From Octopus vulgaris (taxonomy: Eukaryota): a stretch of 64,000 nucleotides of DNA. Within the stretch, counting starts at the first letter, position 1. The number at the start of each line of letters is the position of its first letter. The stretch covers positions 104,222,001-104,286,000 of the forward strand of contig OX597821.1 in NCBI GenBank assembly GCA_951406725.2, read 5' to 3'. The position numbers and the translations under genes are program-made. Under the pieces are notes generated by a model that was not told the origin of the DNA, searched no databases, and saw only the letters and a program-made list of their open reading frames with translations. Shown here in pieces: positions 55,100 to 64,000 of the stretch.

Positions 55100-55590
55100 G
55101 TTGTTGCAAACAGACCACCTGCTCAAGAATCTCATAGCACTAGATATAGTGGCCATCGGTGAGATCAGAATATCAGTGTCACGTTCTTTCTGGCACGGTG
55201 GATATGAAGTATTCACATCTTCATCTCAGGTCTGGATTCGGGGGTGGATTCGTTGTGCTGTTACGCGAGGATTTGTATTTCAGGAAAAGGAATATCTTTA
55301 GGGATCAAGAAGTTATATTTTCGTATTAGATATGGGCAGCCTCACATTGGGTGGTTTCAGGGGTGAAGCAACCTAACTTGTTCGAGTATATGGATATTTT
55401 CCTCGAAACTACAGTCAATTTCGTTCGTAGAGGGCAAGTGGAAAACCATCTTGTATGCACGTTTCAAATGCATTAGGACTACCTAATAAATAAAGTTGCG
55501 GTAGACCTCGTAAGCATGTCCAGATATTTACAACTGGTTGTCCACAATTTAAAATCATCAGCAATACAGACCACACAAATTGGTGATCGT
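55100..55590 (+). mobile_element. Decayed APE endonuclease N-terminal fragment (L1/Tx1-like)
   Basis: LDIVAIGEIRI...GYEVFTS resembles the DIxxLQET motif, with a later TDH-like motif. Confidence 0.4.
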
Positions 55591-55774
55591 TACAGTTGCG
55601 CTATATACTCGGTAAAAGAAGCTTAAACAGTCGGTATGGTGTGATTCTCCCGAGGTCAACTAAGTTTTTCATCCTTTGGATTCACTAAAATGAGTACCGC
55701 TTAAACACCGAGAGATATATAATCGACAAGACATCCCATTTAAACATAATTAGGCTCTGTAACTTCAGTAAAAC

Positions 55775-56220
55775 TGCAACCAAAAAGAAAATCTTCTGTA
55801 TAGATCAACGTATTTGCTGTGGGCAATCTTTTACAAGTCACAACGTGTGCATATTAATACTTCTAATCAGATAAGACCAGAAGCCATAACAGCCACTCAC
55901 TTGTAATGCTTTGGGCTACTATTCTTCTTCTTCTTCTTCTTCTTCTTCTTCTTCTTCTTCTTCTTCTTCTTCTTCTTCTTCTTCTTCTTCTTCTTCTTTC
56001 TTCTTCTTTTTCTTTTTCTTCTTCTTTCTTCTTCTTTTTCTTATTCTTCTTCTTTTTCTTCTTCTTCTTTTTCTTCTTCTTTTTTCTTCTTCTTTTCTTT
56101 TTTCTTCTTCTTTTTTCTTTTCTTCTTCTTCTTCTTCTTCTTCTTCTTTTCTTCTTCTTCTTTCTTCTTCTTCTTCTTCTTCCTCCTCCTTCTTCTTCTC
56201 CTCCTTCTTTTTCTTCTTCT
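55775..56220 (+). repeat. 146-bp segment plus (TTC)n, left copy
   Basis: 55775-55920 is near-identical to 61130-61275; both run into CTACTATTCTTCTTC... Confidence 0.9.
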
Positions 56221-57789
56221 TATTATCATATGTTTTGATGGAACTCCTGGAGTCATGCATGCGTAGCGGGCTTCCTACCTGAACCCTACAGTACCATGCA
56301 ATCTGTTTTTTTGAACTAATACATTCATGATTATTCTCTCCGTGCAAAGGAGGCAAACCTGTCGTAACATTTCTACTGGGCCCTGTATTCCTATTTCCTA
56401 TTCCTCTTTATGAGGTATGCTAGTGTTCCCAACGATCCAATAATAATTTGCTCAATCTTCAGCGTCTTTATTTTCCATTGCCGGACTATTTCGTACTTAA
56501 GAGGGTTGTATTTACCTCTTTTTTCGTCTTCCATTTTTTCTGTTCGTAGCTCAAAGGGGCACGCAATATCAACTATATAGCGTATGTGGTGCATCTTGTC
56601 CGCCACCACTATGTCTGGTCTGTTTTGCTCTAGCACCTGCTCAGTTCGGATTGGGAAATCCCAGGGGATTTTACAAGTCTCTGACTCCACCACGCTATAT
56701 GACTTGCGCTCATGCCACATCTTGCTTCTCTCTCGCCCCTACTTTTCTTGGGAGCTGCATTTCAGTGCCTCATTGCATTCATCCAGATCACTTTTTCTTT
56801 GTCACCTTCAAGTATTGGTTTTATCTTTACCTTTCTTTTTCATTTTCCAGTTGTTTAATCTTAGCTCTCCATCTTGTTTCTTAAATGATATTTGGGTGTG
56901 CCATATTTCCAATTGGTACCGTATTGCTATTTCTAGCAACGGTAATCAAGGTTTCACTCTACTGTTTCACGAACCAACCCAGACAATTTTCCTCACTGAT
57001 AACACAATTCTTGCATCTTATGAGGCCTCATTCTCCGTTTAACCTCAGCACATATAGTCAGTGTGCAGTCCCTTGTTCATTGATATCACTTTCTTGGGTT
57101 TTCAAGGCCTTTCCTTACTCTCGTTATTTAACCACCTAACAACACTTGGGCCGTATCGCATTAAGGAAACAGCCCATGTATTAATTGTCCTGATCTTGTT
57201 TCTTTTCCCATTGTGTCTAGTTTCTATAATTGATTTGGTTCTTCTGAAGTATTTTCATCTAAAGCTTTCTTTTATCTCACTGATTTTGTCATACTCCAAA
57301 ATAACCCAGATACGTAAATCGAGCCACCATATTGGATAGTTCTACCCCATCATATGACACTACATGTTTTTTACAAACATACCACACTTTTTAACCCCCT
57401 AGATCCGCTCCGTTATCCTTACTGAATATCTGCACTGCTGAGATCAGTTGATTTATCTAACGTTCAGACTTACTGAAGACCTTAAAGTTATCCATATGTA
57501 ACATGTGATTAAACTTTTTTTCCACTGTTCAAGGTGTACCTCGACGTCACTTTGCGTAATATCTATATGTGGGTTATGATGTAAATCACAAACAGCAGTG
57601 GGGTCAGACTATCTCTCTGAAATATGCCTCTCCTTATGTTAAGCCCCTCCCCGCCAAAATTTCAACATGATGGTAACATTGTATTCCAGTTCTTCATTGA
57701 TCTCCTGAAAATATTTATAATGTTATTAGACACCTGTTCCAACTGAAGAGCTTCTAAAGAGCTTCCAGGAACGAATACCATGTCTTATA

Positions 57790-60050
57790 AAACTGTTCAA
57801 CAGCCAATTTTCATCAGGGGTGTTATATGGTGTTTTATATGCAGTTCTGTCCGCAGATTTCAAAAGTGTAATCGGTTTTCTTCTATTAGGAACAGTATTT
57901 CTGAAGAGATTAGAGAGGTATATAACTCCCATCAGCAGTATCACTACACGTAAACGTATTATACAGGTAAATTCTGACTTCTGTTTTATAAATATTTGTA
58001 TTCATTTTGTAATGTTATGCTTTCATAATATTTTCTTTTCATAAATTTTACTTTCTGGTTAAGGTGCCAAGTCATCATCATCATCATCAACTTCTACTCA
58101 GGATGTCAAGGCATTGCAAGAATAACCCTGATATATTTTGCCGTGTCTGTGGTTCATTTACCACCAAATCTCAGCAACGTGCCATCACAAGTGAAATCAA
58201 GACAATCTGCCAGTTATACTTTGGCTGCTCTCTCAGGGATCAAGGTAAGAGTTGGGCGCCGCATCTCATCTTCTCAGGTTTTTCGAATGGACTAAGGGAT
58301 TGGCTAAATAAGAGGAAGAGAGCAATGGCGATTCCATTACCTATGATATGGAGAGAGCCAAAGGATAATTTCATGGACTGTTATTTCTGCAACATTAATG
58401 CATGTGGGTTTACTGTAAAGGCCAAGCATAAGATTGTGTATGCCAACTTGGAATCAGCAAGAAGACCAGTACCACACAACGATGATAATCTTCCAATACC
58501 ACCAGAAAATGGCCTTCAGATGTCTGACGAACACGTATTTCCTGATGAAAATACTACTGCTCTGGAAGACACCGAAAGGGATGCAGATGTCACGATTGAA
58601 AATGAAGACGTACCACAGCCATTTTCTCAAGGAGAGTTAAATTATTTAGTTAGAGACTTGTCATTGCCGAAAGCTGAACTATTAGCATCTCGCCTACAAG
58701 AAAATTGTCTGCTTAAAAAAGCTGTTTGTTTTACTCGCTTCAGGGAGAGAAATAGGGATCTGATTCCATGCTTCTCTGTTGATGGACCCCTTTCGTTCAG
58801 TAATAACACTGATGAGTTATTTCACTGTTTGCTTCGAGAGCATGATCCAGCTGAATGGAACTTATTCATTGATTCCTCTAAGAGAAGCTTCAAAGCAGTA
58901 CTACTACACAACGGCAGTAAGAAACCATCCATTCCATAGACATCCAGTGCACAGGAAAAAGTGTAATGAAAATATACAAGTACGCCACAATGCCTTAAAG
59001 TATATAAACTAGAACCGGAAAATATGTGGAGACTTGAAGTTGATTGGAATATTGATGGGAATGCAATCCGGGTTCACTAAATATTGTTGCTTTTTATGCC
59101 TATGGGACAGTCGTGCAACTAACAAGCACTATGTGCAATCAGAGTGGCCTTTGCGTAAATAATACGAGCTGGGAGTTTCTAGCGTCCAGAGTAAGCCATG
59201 TTTAAACCCAGATAATGTTCTTCTTACCCCTTTTTACATGAAGTTTCACCTCATGAAACAATTTCTGAAGACACTTGCCAGGAAAAACTCAAAAAGTTTT
59301 TAATATGTGCAGGCCAAACTTCCAAAAATCAACGAGGTGAAACTGAAGGAGGGATATAGGTCTGCAGATAACCGAACTCCAGAAAGACAATCATGTCCTC
59401 ACAGCACTGGATGAGATTGAGCTTAAAGCCTGGGAATCCTTCAAACGGCTCTGTGAATAATTCCTAGGTAACAAGAGATCTCTAGAGTTTAGAAATGAAG
59501 TGAAATGCCTTCTAGACTCCTACGCTGCAATGGGCTGTCAGATGTCACTAAAAGTCCATTTCCTTGATTCACATCTGAATGTTTTTGCAGAGAAATTTGG
59601 AGCAATGTCTGATGCGCAAGAGGAACGCTTTCATCAAGATATTGTTTCGATGGAACAATGATATCAATGATTTTTGGAATGCAGGAATGTTAGTCGACTA
59701 CTTTTGGATGTCATACAGGGATGATACTGAGACAAACAACATAGAAAGTCCAAATCCCGAAGAATTTAAGTTGTTAAGCATTTGAGTGTATTCTAACTTA
59801 TTTGTACACAATAATTTAAATTTTGTGCTATAAAAAAGCCACAAAAATTATCGTATCTTGTATTCAATATACTTTATATTGACAGGCTTTACGTATACTA
59901 TAAGTTAAAACAGTAGATGTCATTAACATGAAAATGTGACCTGATAGAGGAAATCAGACTTCAGATTCGTAATCAGCATCAAAAATTAACCCAGAAAAAT
60001 CAAATCACCAACTCTGATGATTAAAAACAAATTCATTTTGTTGCCAAGTG
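57790..60050 (+). mobile_element. Chapaev3-like (CMC) DNA transposon nested in the LINE; left TIR not found
   Basis: Right end ...TTTTGTTGCCAAGTG|TAA (CAC terminus, 3-bp TWA flank). Family assignment is from recalled transposase motifs and needs a Repbase/Dfam check. Confidence 0.65.
58103..59785 (+). pseudogene. DDE transposase with N-terminal Cys-rich Zn finger, multiple stops and frameshifts
   Basis: MSRHCKNNPDIFCRVCG; WAPH; PMIWREPKD..DCYFC; KAELLASRL; WNLFIDSSKRSFKAVLLHNG; ICGDLKLI..GFTKYCCFLCLWDSRA; MSLKVHFLDSHL; ERFHQDI. Confidence 0.8.
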
Positions 60051-61129
60051 TAATAAGTCCAGTTTAGTATGTCATTTCTTGCAGTAGTTCACCATTGTTC
60101 TCTCTGAGTATTTGATCCCTTTTCCCCTCGGCTTTTCCTCCTGCAGCTCTTCTGTTCCACTGGCAGTGTGTCATTCATTATCAGGAAGGTATACATGCAA
60201 TTAGAAAATATATCTGTCGTCTCGTCCACATCAATGGTAGATAGGAGATAGACCGGTAATTATCGAGTGCGTTACCTTTATCGTAATCATTTTGCCAAAG
60301 AACCGACTCACTTGTGGTCATCCATTTTGGAATTTCCACGACGTTGTTGATGATTTTATCGATTTACATACGTATTCTTTTGTGTAATAGTGGGAAATTT
60401 TTCAGCCAATACACTTGTAAGCCATCCAGGTCTGGACATTCCCAGTTTGGAACCTCTGTTGTCTGGTCGGACACTATTTCAGTTATTACGTTTGTATTGT
60501 ACTATTCTACTTCATTTTTCTCCGATATCAATTCATCCGACCATTCAGTATCTTTCTTTTTTCTCCCATTATCTCTGATGTTGATTTAAAACCTTCACCT
60601 TTCTTCAGAGGCCAGTGTCTGACTTCTGATAAACGCTTTTCTGATCCTTTTTGAAAAATCTGTTGATTCTATATCGTTCAATTCTTTGGCCATATCTCTT
60701 GATTTTGTTTTTGTAACTTTAGCCTGTAGTCTATTTTTCATCTCTTCAAGAGATACATTTATCCTATCTTTTTGATCCTATACTTAGGTTGTAGTTCCTG
60801 ATATTTCTCCATCTTTCTGATTTCTCCCTGATTCATTCCTTTAGGGATATTGATAAGTTCTGGTAGCTTATTCATTGGTTGCATTATTCTTCTTCTTTTA
60901 CACCCAAGGCACTTTTGCTACATTTCCTCTTTTACGGTTGGGTTCGAGGCCTAAGTCTGGTAAGCCTACGTTTAGTTCTAAGTCTACTTTGTAGATGATA
61001 CTAGCTTTAATCAATCTACGTATCTTAATTTCTTCCAATATTTGATTTACCTTCCAAGTCTATCCTCGGATCAAAATTCTATCAAGATTCTTGAATTCAT
61101 TTGTTTCCATTTCCAGATTTGCTTCTGTT

Positions 61130-61417
61130 TGCAACCACAAAGAAACTCTGCTGTATAGATCAACGTATTTGCTGTAGGCAATCTTTTACAAGACAAAACG
61201 TGTACATATTAATACTTCTAATCAGATAAGACTAGAAGCCATAACAGCCACTCACTTGTAATGCTTTGAGCTACTATTCTTCTTCTTCTTCTTCTTCTTC
61301 TTCTTCTTCTTCTTCTTCTTCTTCTTCTTCTTCTTCTTCTTCTTCTTCTTCTTCTTCTTCTTCTTCTTCTTCTTCTTCTTCTTCTTCTTCTTCTTCTTCT
61401 TCTTCTTCTTCTTCTTC
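61130..61417 (+). repeat. 146-bp segment plus (TTC)n, right copy
   Basis: Duplicate of 55775-55920 followed by pure (TTC)n. Confidence 0.9.
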
Positions 61418-61599
61418 ATACAATTATTATCATTATAGATGTCTCACAGTATTTAATATCCTGAGGTTGTTCATTGAATATATAACGTCTACCATGTGTT
61501 TGTATTGTCTGTCAAGTTACAACAAGCACCGCAGACAGGCAGTACATTACGTAATATACATGCAGTTAGAAAACAAATAGAAGCGATTTTCGATCTATC

Positions 61600-61985
61600 A
61601 CCCTACGATATGATAAATACATCCATTCCAAGAACAAGGACGCGGTATCAGTTCAAAATGTCTGAACAAACAGATCCTTTCCTATTGTCACTGTCAATGC
61701 CTGAATGACAAAACAAAACACATGGCAAATCGGTCATCTCACGGGACAAGGACCGCATTACTCTGTGGGGAATCAGACTGGGGTCAAAATGTCTGCTACT
61801 GGAAGAAACTCTCTAAAAGAACAATCTACTCGGTAACCAGATCCAGAATAACCCTATCCCTAGAACTGTAGTGACGCTACCAAAAACGTCACCTAATGCA
61901 AAATGCATAAAATGAACTAGATAGGATTATAGAGATGTGTGGAAAGCATTCTATACAGACCAACTAAACCCAAACAATAACCTAA
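61600..61985 (+). mobile_element. Isolated 5' fragment of another Dong-like element
   Basis: KCIK*TR*DYRDVWKAFY...VQTY near 61900-61980 aligns with KCKWNKWTREEYKEVIYAYY...ANSY of ORF 37918. Confidence 0.45.
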
Positions 61986-62083
61986 TTGTACAAACTTACT
62001 TGCCATTATTATTACTATAATTATTATTATTATTATTATTATTGTTATTATTATTATTACTATAATTATTATTATTATTATTA

Positions 62084-62148
<65 letters not shown>

Positions 62149-62702
62149 GAGCGAGAGAGTAGTGCATGTCATCAAAGTGACAATGGAGTAAAATATATGA
62201 AGCCCTGTAAACCATCATGTCTACCCGTCTGATAAGGGTACACCAGGCACATGCATCACAACCATATGTGCGCAACATGGTGATCTCATATCAAGAATAA
62301 CAGCTCATGACCTTGCAGGTGGGGCCCAGATAGAATTTCTTTCTGGTCGATTTGCCCATCCCGCTGAAAAGTTCCCTGAATAAGGACTGTTTAAGGATGT
62401 TGAACGAATCACCCATGTTTCAAAAGGTGAATTATCAAAACCTCCAAGAATTTCTTTCAGCACACGGCTATGATGCTCTTCCACAACTTCTGCTCATGAT
62501 CAGATATGCGCATATCGTCAGCCACTAAGGGATATGGTCAACTGGTTAAGGTCAAACAACTGATATGCAAATCTGGGATATTTATCAAAATATTTGCTGT
62601 AGCCCATCTTTTATACCAAGACAAAACAATGTACATGATAACTCTTCCAATCAGTGAAGATCAGAAGCCACGAGACCCACTACCTGGTACTGCATCAGGG
62701 CA
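62149..62702 (-). mobile_element. ~550-bp non-coding element in (TTA)n, copy 1
   Basis: Colinear with 62717-63271; both ends abut (TTA)n. Confidence 0.8.
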
Positions 62703-62716
62703 TTATTATTATTATT

Positions 62717-63271
62717 GAGTGAGCGAGCAGAGCATGCCATCAAAGTGACACTGGGGTAAAATATACGAAGCCCAGTATACCCATCATGACTACCCGTCTG
62801 ATAAGGGTACACCAGGCACATGCATCACAACCATATGTGCGCGACATGGTGATCTCATATCAAGATAAACATCACATAACCTTGCAGGTGGAGCCCAGTT
62901 AGAATTTTCTTCAGATCGAGTAACCCATCCCGCTCAAAAGGTCCCTGAATAAGGGTTGTTTAAGGACGTTGAACGAAACACCCATGTTTCCAGAGGTGAA
63001 TTATTCAAACCCCAAAGAATCCTTCTCAACACATGGCTATGATGCTCCCCCACTACTGCTGCTCGTGATCAGAGTTGCACGTATCATCAGCCACTAAAGG
63101 ACATGCTCAACTGGTTAAGGTCAAACAACTGACAAGCAAATCTGTGGTATTGAGCAGAATATTTGCTGTAGCCCATCTTTTATACCAAGACAAAACAATG
63201 TACATGATAACACTTCCAATCAGTTAAGATCAGAAACCATGAGAGCCACTGCCTGGTACTGCATCAGGGCA
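62717..63271 (-). mobile_element. ~550-bp non-coding element in (TTA)n, copy 2
   Basis: GAGTGAGCGAGCAGAGCATGCCATCAAAGTGAC...CTGGTACTGCATCAGGGCA; flanked by (TTA)n on both sides. Confidence 0.8.
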
Positions 63272-63314
63272 TTTATTATTATTATTATTATCATTATTAT
63301 TATTATTATTATTA

Positions 63315-63406
<92 letters not shown>

Positions 63407-63460
63407 ATTAGTATTATTATTATTAATATTATTATCATTAACATTATTATTATTACTATT
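63272..63460. repeat. (TTA)n microsatellite
   Basis: Direct reading. Confidence 0.95.
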
Positions 63461-64000
63461 TTCTTTTATTGTTGTTGTCGTTGCTCTTGGTGTTATGTAG
63501 AAAATTATTTAAACGGTCTTAGTGTGTCATATATATACGTCTAGGTCGAAATTTCCATTAACTTTTCTTAGACAATTTTCAATTCAACATCGTCAGTCTT
63601 ATCTTCTCCAGCATTTTCCGCAGTATTGCTAGGATATCTACTAACGCAGTCATTTTCCTGCACTAGCCGGATGTATATAATGAGTATTTATAGTTTATTC
63701 CTGGGACGTGAATATTTATAACATATAGCTTCTATTATGTTTCAACTTCAATACGTTCAGTTTACTTCTAAATGTCATATTGTCTGTAGCCATTCTGTAA
63801 AATTAAGCAACAATGCCGTTAATAAATCGAATAATCGGTATAAACACCAGCCAAAATCGTACTTTGAACAAGTAAAATATTCATTTATCCATTGATTCCT
63901 ATTATCATTAGTGTTAATGAGGCTATTGTGAATAATAAGTTAATTAATTGGAAGAACAAAAAAACTGTTTATGTGTAGAAAACTTTGGAAACTACAAGTC

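Larger units (their letters stand above)
56228..61129 (-). mobile_element. Decayed, 5'-truncated R4/Dong-like retrotransposon, interrupted at about 57790-60050
   Basis: Minus strand: IPWDFPIRTEQVLEQNRPDIVV..IVDIACP..KYNPL (RLE, ORF 56391-56720), HMLHMDNFKVF, RGIFQRDSLTPLLF and DMV..SW. Upstream RT parts resume beyond 60053. Confidence 0.8.

Overview
AT-rich, microsatellite-dense eukaryotic intergenic or intronic DNA. The SINE families and repeat landscape resemble a coleoid cephalopod (Octopus-like), which is an inference. I find no credible host gene; nearly all short ORFs in the track are translated microsatellites. The window holds many transposable elements: a near-intact 6.1 kb Helitron with an N-terminal 23-aa repeat array, a 2.0 kb ORF1(gag)-only retroelement with a 15-bp TSD inside a SINE head, a near-complete R4/Dong-like RLE retrotransposon ending in (TAA)n, a second decayed Dong-like copy interrupted by a Chapaev3-like DNA transposon and flanked by a ~146-bp duplication, Tc1 and mariner remnants, CR1-, RTE-, L1/Tx1- and Penelope-like fragments, a MITE carrying TTAGGG repeats, and several tRNA-derived SINE families. 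The most notable signals are: (i) a SINE family that repeatedly inserts at the same position inside other copies of itself, (ii) the ORF1-only retroelement, (iii) ~550-bp non-coding elements confined to (TAA)n tracts, (iv) a covarying stem-loop shared by LINE and SINE 3' ends, and (v) hammerhead-like remnants.
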